A DNA stretch of 64,000 nucleotides from Antedon mediterranea (Eukaryota > Animalia > Echinodermata). Positions within the stretch are counted from its first letter, which is position 1; each line of letters opens with the position of its first letter. The notes beneath the pieces are model-generated. The model saw only the letters and a program-made list of their open reading frames with translations. It was not told the origin of the DNA and did no database searches. The position numbers and the translations under genes are program-made. The DNA lies in assembly GCF_964355755.1 (NCBI RefSeq), contig NC_092680.1, forward strand, positions 1,550,001 through 1,614,000, given 5' to 3'. This document shows, one piece after another, positions 1 to 12,709 of the stretch.

Positions 1-2140
1 ACCATCAAACTAGTTGATGTGTGTGATGTGCCCAAATATGGTAGTGATATTCCCAAATATGGTATTGATGACATCATCATTTCCATATATGGGCACATCA
101 CTTTTCGTTTTCTGTATAAACTGGAGTAATAATAATAATACAGTACAGTCTGCCATTAACTACAGTACACACAGATACCAAATGTTTTCTTGAAGGCATG
201 GCATTAACAGCATGTTAATATTCAAATATTGAAATTAGTCTCATCTAAATTCTGTTTTTAAGTGTTTAGTGCAATGACCTTGGACTGTAATAAACTATGA
301 TTGAAGTTCAATTCATTATATTACCTGGAATATCTAAGGAAAACTAGGTGGAATGGAATACATTAGAAGGTAGTGTATCCTGTAGACATCAAATTCTTAC
401 TTCTGGGGAGTTTGCAGTATTATGGGCCTGGGGCGCATTCAATTATTATCAGAAAAGCCAAAATACATAAAACCAATACTTTAACAAAAATATATATTAT
501 TTATTTCCATATTTTATGAGGGTGGCCTATCTAGTCCCAGAGAAGGAACTGATCATCAAGTTCCCTTGATAAAACCATAGAGAAATTAGTGAATGTCTTT
601 ATGATAAAATATAACAACAATTAAATAAAAACATATAAAATATTAATAGAATCATTAAAAAATGGAAGATGGATAAAAAGAGAAAAAATTCTAGAAAAAG
701 TATACTTCATTTTGAAGACCACTATCGCAACCTCTCTGGACACTGTGGGTTGGTTCTAATCAAGGCCGTAGCGAGAGATTAAAACCAGATGAGGCAAAGA
801 TGCTTTAACTATAATTATTAATATAAATATTACAATCTGTGCAGGGAAATTGGGGTGGCCCTGCAAATGAGTGTTCTGTAACTAGTAGTATCAGTATGTT
901 TGAATCGTATCAGTATACTGTTTTGTAGTTATTAATTAATGGTGATCATAATTTTCATTGATGGTGACTGTTGTTTCAGCAAACATCTGTGTTTATTTCT
1001 TTTTCCTTTCAAGGTCAAATTATCTTCTCCAATTTCAATTTCATTGTGTTTCGGTCATTAAACTTTCATAACTTTTTTTTACACATTCAAAATCTATCAA
1101 TTTATTATGATGGTATCCTTTGAGTGTTTTTTAACTATGATGATGTCACTTAATTAAGGATTTTAATGTAGAATGGTAAAAATAGTTTGAAAAAAAGAGT
1201 GCCCAAATATGGTAGTGATATGCTTAAATATGGTAGTGATATGACATCATCCATATATGGGGACATCACATTATTTTGTCACATAAAGTTTGATAGTGTT
1301 GGTAGAGCTTTATAGAAGACTAATATAACATTGCTAACAGTAGAAAGAGTTGTTGAGAACAAGTTGTAGTGCATTTTGTTTGAGAGTTGATGAGATGCTA
1401 TAAAAAAAGAACCTTGTACTGAGCGATATTAGTTTTTAATGACAATAAAAAAAGTTTAATGACTATCAACATTAATTGTCAGGAGGCAGTTGTTAGCGAC
1501 TTTTGGTAATGAATGAAAAGAAAGTTCCTTGATCAACACACTGTGACAAACAATATTAGATTTTTATGGCAATAAAGAGTTTAATAAAGCACCTGTCATA
1601 TACACTATAGTATCTTTCAAGCTTAGTTGAAGACATAAATTCTATTAAAGAAACAATGGGGAAAAAACCTATACAACTACAATATGAAGTTTTAAAAAAG
1701 ATATGGTCAGATTCGGTATCATCACTGGTATTGTAATCACTCCGAGGAAATGACGATACTGTTAAATAAAAAAATAAAATGGTACCTGCATTGTATTTAA
1801 ATATTTGCGATGGCGTACAGTTAAACCGTTTCACGACTATCAGATTATTTTAATTTTTAACCAATATAGTACCAATAAAGAAGCCATCCTATTCAAATAT
1901 TATCAGTCGCATCGTTATCTACTCCCCCACAATTGACAAACATGTTCTGTGTTTGTTTTACAAAGATCTGTAACGATCCAATCAATTGGACTGTATTTAA
2001 CATTAACCTTTCTATAAGGCTTACAATCTCTCAACAAATATGAAGAATAGTATCCATCATTTACAAAATAAACAACTACAAATTTTACTTTTCTCACAGG
2101 TCAACGAGTTCCTATAATATAATCATAATCATGCCGGTAT

Positions 2141-2244
2141 GGTCCTCTATGTTAAAGGGTCATGCGCATAAACAGGTCCTCTATGTTAAAGGGTCATGCG
2201 CGTAAACAGGTCCTCTATGTTAAAGGGTCATGCGCGTAACAGGT
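2141..2244. repeat. 34-bp tandem repeat, 3 copies
   Basis: Unit GGTCCTCTATGTTAAAGGGTCATGCGCRTAAACA starts at 2141, 2175 and 2209. Confidence 0.95.
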
Positions 2245-3744
2245 GACCTAGTAAAGATACCATGAGTTTTCATCATGCTAGAATAAATGTCAGACTTAGT
2301 CTAAAAAAAGTAGACTTGAATTTCACCTAGTAGGTTTTCAAGTATTGTTCTGCGCAGCGTGCAAAGACTTTTTTTCACAACAACGATCATATGCTAGCTG
2401 TAAGTGTGGCGTTGTCTAGTTTTCTGGCAGAATCCGTTAATAAAAAATTTTCGACAACCCAGTTACGGTTCTTCCAATTTTTTGATATAAATCCACACGC
2501 GGGCCGCTAAGATAATTAAAATCGACTTATATTTCATATTTTTAATGTTTAAAGACAAACAAATTATTGCAATAACCAAATATAGTATTTAAATTTACAT
2601 AAAATGCAGTTTGTGACCTTAAACTAGATCCAAAAAACCTCGGGAATGTGGCTTTAATAATAAATATTATTAAAAATGTATGGGCATTTCCTTGTATCCA
2701 AAAAAGATAGTAATATTTTTATGAATCTTTATGATTTTCAAGTTGTATTGTACTACCTATACCAATAATATATTGGATTATCAAATAATTACCTTTGACC
2801 TCCAATAAAAATGATAAATAAAAATTATTATTTATTAGGTGAACATTCAATAAAAACATGAATAAAATACTTATATTGAATCTTGACTCTTAATAATTTA
2901 TAAATATTACTATAATAGTAAATACTTGTAGTAAAACTATGATAAAAACATTACTAATAATATTGATTCCATAATTTTAGCAAAACCAAGACATATTGTG
3001 AAATTATGTTTTATTTATTTACAATAATAACAATAGATATTTAGCAGACACAGCAATATTAATGTTAGAGGTGCGCCAATTATAATAAACACTACGTACG
3101 ACAGATGGTAGTAGGCTTAAAAACATATTGTTAGGCTAATATATATTACGATATAGATATTACACGGATACACATGATAGTACAATGATAATTAGCAGCC
3201 ACAACAGAATATGAATGGGCGACCGCCGCATCACATCTTTCATCTGTCAATATGATGAAGGGATGCTGCCTAGCTGCCACACATAATATTAGTATGCACT
3301 TACCACGAACACTTAAAAGAGCCATAATGCGAACACGGTTTCACCGAAATTTTTCAACAAAACATCGTGTTAGACAAAAACATACATCACGTAAATACAG
3401 CTACATGGAACAGACAAAATATAAGCGTTAGTTAGTCCAGATTGAGATGCTTTTTAACAGGTTGACATACCGTTTTGTCGCACCTCCTCGCCATATTTCG
3501 CTCAAAAGATTGGCAGGTGGTGTAATTAAAAAACTACTGTCTTATGACGTAACATTTCTTTAATGTTGGTGGCGCTATATCTTTACATTTAATTGCTTTA
3601 CCATCTTCCGACAAAACGCAGGTGTTTTGAAAATTGAGGGCGCTAAACATAAAATTTACGAAAAACATGTTGCGCAAGCATTACAAAAATGTGCACTAAG
3701 GCCCTGCCACAGCCTTGGGGTCGTTCCCACCACATCACTACGCG

Positions 3745-4049
3745 GTGTTCTTAAAATCGAGGGCGCCAAACATAAAATTTACGAGATCGAATACAGGTTG
3801 GAAAAAAAATGTAATAAAAAAAAAAGATGTTAAATGTGCTGTCCCTGCCTCAGCACTAAGGCCCTGCACAGCCTTTTGGGGTCGTTTCCAGCACATCACC
3901 AGATGCATTGATGTTGTCGCCTCATGATCTGTGAACCCCAAACACAGGTGCTCGCATAGCATTAACTCTATTCCACCGGCCAGCGTGGGAATCGAACCCA
4001 CGACATACGTGTTGTGAACACGACGCTCAGGCGACTGAGCCAACTGGTC
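3745..4049 (-). mobile_element. tRNA-derived SINE-like repeat (part of a larger composite repeat)
   Basis: Minus strand 4049-3978 reads GACCAGTTGGCTCAGTCGCC...GTGGGTTCGATTCCCACGCTGGCC (A box, B box, T-arm GTGGG/CCCAC, anticodon-like arm with CAC). The body recurs at 51597-51892 and partly at 3621-3740. Confidence 0.7.
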
Positions 4050-4099
4050 ATTTTGGTTTTAGAAAGGTTAATATGATACTTATGACGTAAAATTAAAAA

Positions 4100-4331
4100 A
4101 GTTCATAGTAAATCGAAACACAGACAGAAATTCTTTTCAATATCTGCAGTAAATGATTGGAATAGTTTGCCATATCATATAGTAAATGCATCCTCTATAA
4201 ATAATTTTAAATTGAAACACACTGGAAAACCCACAACCTAAAGTTTGAGCCATAATAACCAAGATGTTCAAAGAGGGACTCACAAACCTTAACAGGTTTA
4301 TAGTCTAAAGGTCAAGGTAAATCAAGGTAAA
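4100..4331 (+). mobile_element. CR1-clade LINE 3' fragment
   Basis: Translates RQKFFSISAVNDWNSLPYHIVNASSINNFKLK, the typical CR1 ORF2 C-terminus, and ends in a repeated TCAAGGTAAA tail. Confidence 0.75.
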
Positions 4332-5877
4332 TGATGAATTGCGTAATACACGTATAAATAGACTATTATCAGCTGTTCAGTCATGTACGTTGCGGCGTAA
4401 CGGGTAATGGTCACGTTTGAGTGCTTTCTGCTCTAGATTGGGTGGGTTCGAACCTCTACGGATATTTGTTTTTTTGAATGAAAATAATGAATATTTTTTT
4501 TCTTTTATTTTGACATCCTGATCAGAAACTGCGATTTTAAAAAGCCCTTTTAAAAATATTTCCATGATATTTATTTTATTTTTTTATATTTATTTGTTTA
4601 CGTGATATCTTTTTAAACTTACTACTACCTGGATGAATGTCTATATAAATTAGGCTTCCATTAAAACTAAAATTGCATTTTCTTGAGAACCACTTTTCCA
4701 AAAAACTTCATTTTTCTACAAGAGGCAAGAGTTATAAATTGTGATTTGTAATTTCAAAACATAATTTAATTTTAATAATGTACAGGTTTTTTGATACGAG
4801 CAGTTTTAAAAAACCGTTTATTGTTGGCGTTGCTGTTCTATTGTTATTCAAATTAAACTATTGTTTGTTGAAAGGCTAGTTACATAACCATTACACCAAG
4901 TTCGCATACACATGGTTGTAGTTAAATAGCCTAACAGCATTAAGACATACAAATTTATTTTTTTTTTCCGATGAAATCTTTTGTAGGAGAATTTTACAGT
5001 AGGCGGAGGTAAAATGAAAAATAAATATACATAGCGATTACTACCGTCAAATGCATTATCAACTGCCATGTTGAATACATAATCACTATTTACACCATGG
5101 ACCTATAAATTATTATTATATAAATTATAAATTCTAATTTATATATCCATGTTTACACTAATCGCTATCAATATTATTATTCTCAAAAAAGATAAAACAA
5201 ATAAAAAAGGCAAGGAAAGATTTTTGCTGTCATGAATTTCATGAATTGCATGCCTCGATGATTCGCAACACTCTACCATGGACCTTTTTTCCTTGTATTG
5301 CTAGAAGGTACGTTCACCCCAGTCAGTCCTGCAAGATACTACTAGTATAAATAAATAAATAAATAAATAATTGTATTTTCATCAAGATAATTAGATTTAT
5401 TTAAAAAAAATGTTGAATATATACGTTTCTGACGCATAGGTCTACCTACATATTTGCATAAATTTGTTAACACGGTTTACCTGTATCTCTTTTATAATCT
5501 TATTAAGGTTAAAAATGTTCTCGTTTAAATATTATACAAACTTCCCTTCGTTCTATTTGCAAACTCGAGACCATTGAAACACTGCAGAAAAGAAAAAAAA
5601 ATAGTCAACTTACAGATTGCATGCAAACATAAATTCAGTTTGCTAACGTAGACTAGACTTAACTTACTAGTGTTTATTCACAAGGCAAAGAACATTTAAA
5701 CAATATTGAATCTCTTTTGAGTTCAATGCTATTCCCTGTTAAATTAACGTTAAACGTTCCATATTTATGGAATTAAATTTCAAATTTACGTCATATCAAA
5801 TGTGCGATTAAATCATCCTTGCGTTGCGTCATAGTTAAAAGAACCAAGCCTAAATGAACATGTCACATGTCAGAAAG

Positions 5878-7374
5878 TTAGGATGACGCGCAAGGCGACG
5901 TAACCAATCTAATAATACCAGACGCATTTAGCTGTTTTAAAACCGTAAATTCCGCTGGCATGCGGTGACCGTTTTGAAAAGATGCGCTTCCGTAATAATG
6001 GTACTTGACGGGTTTCCCGATGGCTGTTTGATTGAAAGGGTAAAATCCATACAGTGACACCTTGCTACACATATTCCCAGCAAGAGAAAACAAGTAAAGG
6101 CCAGATGACGGTGATGATGTAATGTTCCATCTCCTAAAAAAACAAACGAAGAACAACTGAAAACAAAACGTGTTAACTGCTCACATTTCCCCTGGTATTA
6201 ACGAAAAAATAGGCTAGGTTCAATTGGCTATTCATTTCGTTGCTCATGATTTTGAAATTGTATCTGAGGCAAAAAGCTACCGTACAAAGAGTCGGTTACA
6301 TGAAGAAAATAGGTAGGCTACGAAATTCTTTATTCACCCAAGATCAGCATTAATAAAATTATCATATGTTAGATATATGTTTAGTTATACATTTTAATTT
6401 AAAAATAGTTTGTGAAAAAAAAACCCGTTCTTTTTTCTTCTTTAAATATTATAGTCTATTTTAATTGAAATTACCTTTTAACCGCTCTGCTTAGTAAGCT
6501 ACTTGGTCGAGCTAACACAATGTTGGGCTTAAACTTCTGCAGAGCATTGACAGTACCCATCTTAGGATATCTACCGCTTGCTTTTGTCACCCATATAATA
6601 GTAGAATTATTTAAATTGTTCAGATAACGAGACGTCGTTCGGTAACAACTATCATTTTTATTTTGTGAGCACCTGCCGTAAATTCTTCCCGCGTCACTGT
6701 TTATTGTTATTAAGGTCGTTTTTCTTCCAACATCTTTCTCGAAACCTTCCAGAGTGGCGCCATATTTGAACGAAACACGTGATCGTGCGCATCAATTTCC
6801 AAGCCGCAATTACTCCCGTGTAGGATTCCGGAGTTTCCGAGGACAGCGCACGTGTCCGCGGGTTTTATCCACGGTTCCCCATTGGCCTGAGCTGTTTGGG
6901 TATATGTTTGATTTTGTATCAGCTCGTTAGGATAGACACGGAGTAATCTATATGGTGAGAAACTCTTTAAACGATTTCTGTTTAAGAAAATAAAGAAAGA
7001 GTGAGACAAGAACAAGGAGCAACTTAGTGCCAGAAAATGTGGTAAGTTGGTCTGTCTGAATGCAGTCACATTGTTATTCAATATATCTAAAGAAGCAATT
7101 TTAAGTTTTATTAATCATTAGACGACCCTACCTTGTTACATTTGCAGCTGATTGGTTAATGTGTTTTTTTAAGGTTAGTCGAATATCGATTCTTGCCGTG
7201 GGCTCCGTCATCTTTACATTTACTAAACTATGAACAATGATATTATTTATTACTCCATATTATTTGTCCATTATCATAATTTAATAATAGAAATGTTGTT
7301 GTGTAACAGTGATTACAAATCATAACAAATGGCGTTAATAATGTCATTATTATAATGTACACTATGAGCCGCAT
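5878..7374 (-). pseudogene. Alpha-2,8-sialyltransferase-like (GT29/ST8Sia) gene with frameshift(s)
   Basis: Exons about 7374-7132, 6977-6475 and 6133-5878 with GT/AG junctions and matching phase 2. Sialylmotif L ([44 protein letters not shown]), S (PSSGLYLFSLAGNMCSKVSLYGFYPF), III (HYY) and VS (HRMPAEF). Signal anchor MRLIVYIIIMTLLTPFVMI. Frameshift near 6752 and a probable second one near 7250-7260. Family call is secure; pseudogene versus assembly error is not. Confidence 0.75.
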
Positions 7375-8349
7375 ATTATACAGATAACAATCTGAAAGAC
7401 ATGGACATACATTTTATGACAACAAAAGCAACTTTTCTGTACCGTTAATGTATATTTAAAAGTATACGGTAAGAATATAATAAACGTAAAAATCCCACAC
7501 AACAATGGGTAGAGTCGGAATCGTATGACTATATTACCAGTGGTAAAAATAAATTTCGGTAGTCGCAAAGCGTATAAAAAATGAAATACTTTAGGGGCTG
7601 GGGGCCAAGAGGGCCGCCAAGGGATCTAGGGGCCTTCGCTCCTTGAGTAATTATTTATAGGTCGTTTTAATTGTTTTTTTTGAGCACATACAAATTCCGC
7701 CTCGAAGAGTACAATAATTTTGAGCTACGCACTTTTTAGGCACTGGTCCTGATTCTATCCTCCTTAGGTATTTGTATCTGTATTTTCTGAAATTACATTC
7801 GATACAACATCATGCATGTCATAGAAGTCTTACTTTCTATTTCAACAATTTAATGATTTTTCTGTTGAAAAGTCCCCCCCCCCCCACTCAAAAATGTGTG
7901 GGTGGTGGTCATGTCCCCTCCCCGCCTCGACACCCCCTCTAAGAACTGCAAACACTCAAATAGACCCGTCTCCTCTCCGTTTTAGTAATCTAGGACTCAC
8001 CCGCCAACCCTTTCATGTAAATCATAATCTAACATTCCTGCATTTTACATTTTTAAAATTTTTGATAACTTCATTTCGATAACATTATATACAATACTGT
8101 ACTTACTTTTGAGTGAAGTCATTACCTGTATCCAGTTTTGTAATTAGATACATCATATTATGCGGTAAAAACAAGTAAATCAACGTGTAAATAAATACAA
8201 GCGGTACTAGAAACACACATACACACTTCGTACTGGACGCCATCATTACGTATCTGTTTGTTGGTGGCGTTTAAGTGTACAAGTACATTTGAAAACCAAC
8301 TGCTTAAATCTATATAATATTTTAGATCAAACGTTATAATTAACATTGG

Positions 8350-9300
8350 CTCTGCTTACCATTGTTGTCAAAACCGCTTGTTGTCATGGCCACAAACGAA
8401 ACCAATCAAAACGTCAAGCCTGTGTTCGTGAAGGATGATGATATTAGAAAAAAGGGTGAGGAATATTTAAAAGAAGAGGTTATATTATATTTTGCACTGA
8501 AAGATGTAATTAACTGTGATCATTTTATCGGAGCTCAAAAAATAAAAAATCTAAGGCGAATTTATGTTAATGTGCTCTTGTATTCAATTCCATGTTTGTG
8601 GAAAGAAATCATCTTTAATTCAATAGAAAACAATCAAATTAACCTGCAAGTCAAAGAAACCGTATTTCATAAAAAAATACAAGGCATCTTTTCATTATAC
8701 CCTTTTTGTCAGCAAGGTTGCTAAAATCCCCAATATACAAGCAAAGTGGGAAGTTGAGTTAGGTAAAAATGAAATAGACTGGGACAAAACATGGTACTGT
8801 AAAGTTCACAATGTGAAACATTTACCAAAAGTCGCCAAATTTAATTTTAAATTATTACATCGTATCTTAGCTTGTAGAAAAAACTGAAAGAAGTGGAATC
8901 TTAATAAAAGTGATTGTTGCGAAAAGTGTTGTATAGAAATAGAAAGTGAAAACCATATGTTGTACACCTGTAATAGCATTCAATCAGATTTGAGGAAGTT
9001 CCGTAAACTGATCGTTAAATGCATTCCATGAAACATTACGGCCAGGTTTCCCCCGGAATGGTCAGACATAGTTATAGGAACTCAGAACACGCTTGTTAAT
9101 GAACTCATCTCTTTATTTACATTTAGTGAAGTATTTACAAATTTTGCATTATTTATAAAACAAGCAAACGGTTTATCACTTGGAATTTATTTAAGATAGA
9201 ACTAAAAAATTTAATTTCAAATGAATACTTATGTAATCTAAACAAAGCAGAAAGAAAATGGAACGACGTTAAAGAAAAACTCTTTGAATCAATTATCTAA
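8350..9300 (+). mobile_element. Degenerate, internally deleted L1/Tx1-clade LINE
   Basis: ORF1-like start (KPVFVK...GAQKIKNLRRIY) joined to an ORF2 C-terminus with a zf-RVT-type motif (KVAKFNFKLLHRILAC...KKWNLNKSDCCEKCCIEIESENHMLYTC), interrupted by frameshifts. Confidence 0.7.
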
Positions 9301-12059
9301 AAAGAAAAATAATCAATACAATTTAATTTAATTAAGAAATACACAAGAATAAACATAAACGTACGGTATACAGTATATTTTCTTGATTTAGATCAATTGT
9401 TAGTTTACCATCATTATTATATTATTGTTTTCGGGATGACCGAGACGCAACTGGTGCTAGAACTATTAAAATAAACCTGGCTAGACGAGGGCGTATCCCC
9501 ATACTTCGGTTTGGGTTTAGCTTTGCAATATTTATTAGTTTGTTATTTTATCATATAAATAATAAAAGCAATATTATGTTCAAAATGTAAAACTATACAA
9601 TGTTATCAAAGTATTCAAACAAAACATAATCTTTAATGCAATATACCATTTTAGTTCAGTTTGCAGAATTCCAGTGTGCCGAATTCCAATTTGCCGAGTT
9701 CAGTTGGCCGATTACAGCGTGCTGCTAACGCGAACGCAACAGATTCAGATTCCTTTTAGTATCCAATTTAATGGAAATTAGAGTGCTCATATCTTGGCTT
9801 GCCTTAAATAAATATAAAGGAAAAAGAACTAAATTGTTATAATTTCGTATTCCAGCTGGGTAGAACGGAGTAGGCCTACTTGTAACGGTTGTCCGTCTGT
9901 GCATTCACCGTCCTCATCCTACCACTTCTAACGATAACGGAGCCGATAATGTCGAGAGGGTTATTGATTGGTGTCTTCCAATATGGCATGGAACATATCG
10001 GCAAGTGCTCGCTGTTGAAAGAGTCAAGCGTTTGTTTAGAGACAAACCAATTTCATAAGCCCCACGCGATTGAATCAGAAATCGATTGATTGATAAACTC
10101 ACTTGCGTTGCGCCTCCTCGTTGTGGTTACGTGCAAGTGGTGAGAACCACACACACACACTAAATAAATGTTATTACACAGTGCGATAGACAGTGTTACA
10201 ATTACGACAGCTCAATTTATCATAACAAGTATTTCAAGCGAACCAGGAAATAGTGAAATTAAAATTTTTCTCTTGCTCTCTGTCCAGTGCAGCAAAGTTC
10301 GACAACAGTTATCACAATTATTGCGATCTAACATAGGCCTACGTGCATCCTGTCATACATGAAACTCTTACAGCCGACTAACCTATTTCGATTGAAGATA
10401 TTTATAACATTTGTGTTTTATTTATAATAGTGTTCACCTTTGTCCTGTGTTTATGTTGTCTGTAATGTCACTGCACTGACAGGTGACCGGCAAACGAGCT
10501 TTGCTCTTACGGTTCCCATCCAAAAATGATGTTTTTCTCTTATGTTCAGAAATTGAAATGGTAAATCAATTGAAACTGAAACATTAAAAAAAAACATTCG
10601 ATGTCTTTTACGCAAATTTCCGTTGTGATTTTGTTTACATATAAGTTCCTCACTCTAGCAAAATAATAATACTAATACTTACGATATATGATAATGCATA
10701 ATGATTGTATTTCACCTGAAGAGTGTGTTCAACTTGCCAATAAAAATTTGTATTGGCAAGTTCGTAGTGACTAAATAATATGAAGTCATCTTAGTTTTTT
10801 TATCGTTTTATTCAATGTTTGCTGCGGGTTTAGAACCAATCTTTAATGTAGGCCTACAACATTAATTGTAAAACAAATTTGATAAAAATAATTTAAACAA
10901 TATATTTTTTCTCATCTAAACTTTTGCATAACTAATTAAATTATTCAACCGAATCATTTTCAAAATGTGGTCTAAAAACATGCTGAAGTCAAATCAAATA
11001 CAGTATACGGTAAGAATAACAAACGTAAAAATGATGTGACTACCTACTAGCACAAAAATAATTCTGGTAGTCAGCAAGTATCTGCTAACCCTCGACCTAT
11101 CTCCTTATAATCAAATATGTGATGAAATTTCAAAAACTGAAATTCGTTTATCTTAGCTAACCCCCAACCATGGAGAAACGTTCGCAATATATTTTCATCA
11201 TGTTGCCTACACGTGCTACACTCATATCCCTTTTCAGCAGAATTAAACTACTCCGTTTCGGTTCTTATGTACGGGGGCGGCGTATGGGACAATTAGCAAT
11301 GTCCCAAACGGTGCCCCGTACTTATGAGCTCCAATTATGGCGTTTAAATGAATTAATTTCGATAACATTATACACTACTATACTTATTTTTGAGTGAATT
11401 TATTACCTTTATCCAGTCTTGCAATTAAATACATCATATTATGCGGTAAAAACAAGTAAATCAACGTGTAAATAAATACAAGAGGTGTGCCTACAAGAAA
11501 CACACATTTTGTACTGACCGCCATTATTAAGTATCTGCTCAGTTTGCCAATTCAAGGTTGTCGAATCCCAATTTGCCGAATCTCAATCTCTTGACGTAAT
11601 AATGAATTACGTAATATGAAGCGCGTGTAAAATTGTTCGCTGTTCAATCATGATTTGTGGCGTAACGGGTAATTGTTTTTCGTTTATTTTGAAAAGAGAT
11701 ATTTAGAGGATTAAGTTAATTTAGGAAATACAAATAGTCTTTCCGATTTTAATTCATTCATTTTTTTGAATTTCGGAATACCATGATGACATAATATCCA
11801 TAGCAAAACAGAAGCTTAATCTAAGAAACCGTTGTACAGATAACAAAAAAGAATTGAGATTGCACAAAATAACAGACAGAATAGGCTAGGGATATAAAGT
11901 CAATGCAACAAGGCATTCCACTGTATGTGCATTCTTGACACATTAAGAACGTGGCGATTAATGGCCATGATCAAAGAATTGTTTAATGAAACGGAACTAG
12001 TATTATTCTAGCTATAAACAAGATGAGCAGTTAGTTTTTTTGTTTGCTTGCTGTTTGTA

Positions 12060-12210
12060 CAGTCGACTCCGCTTAAGTCAAAAAATCGCAAAAGTCGAAT
12101 TTTTTATGAAAGTCTCAATTCATTCCTATACATTACTGTGTAATTATTATTTGTAAGTCAAATTTTTCGAAATTCGTCTAAGTCGACGTCTTTTTGGGGT
12201 CCGAATACAC
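12060..12210 (+). mobile_element. Tc1/mariner (pogo/Tigger-like) MITE remnant
   Basis: TA|CAGTCGACTCCGCTTAAGTC terminus with repeated internal AAGTCGA motifs; second terminus not clearly preserved. Confidence 0.45.
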
Positions 12211-12709
12211 ACATTTTTTGTGTGATTTATATCGTATAAGTCGAAGTTACAAATCACGTGGCAACAACACCACTGTATTTCAAAATATTGTTCTGTTGAA
12301 TTACCGTCATCATTTACCGCATGAATTGCATGCCTCGCTGGCTTGCACCTTGGCAACGACCGGGACTGAGCTAAGACAATGTTGAAAAATAGAGCTGTAC
12401 TGCAGCTAGGTCCTCATAAATTACTGATGAATCTCTGTCAACGAAGCTGCAGCAACTTGTGTATAAGAATGTTTTGAAGTCATTTATTTGATCAAATCAC
12501 ATTTCAATACAATAATGATAAAACAAAATTTATATTACAGTCACTGGTTTAATCTTGAAGATATCTCAGTTTAATCTAAAAAAACTGAATTTAAGATTCC
12601 TTTTACAACATAATCATTAAACACAGCAGGTCATAGTTCAAGGCGTACCAAACCCCAGTTCCAAACAGGACAGACTAACAAACCTTCAAGAGGTTAGTGT
12701 TATGTTTCC

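Noticed and set aside
1480-2100. ORFs 1556..1834 and 1915..2097 as a gene or transposase remnant
   Set aside because: No recognisable motif or splice-consistent model; might be a decayed DNA transposon but unsupported.
3978-4049. Functional tRNA-Val(CAC) gene
   Set aside because: Acceptor-stem mismatch, D-loop lacks the invariant GG, no terminator, and it is embedded in a dispersed repeat.
9855-10102. GC-richer stretch with 60-66-codon ORFs
   Set aside because: No recognisable domain or partner exons; its end overlaps a MITE family B remnant.
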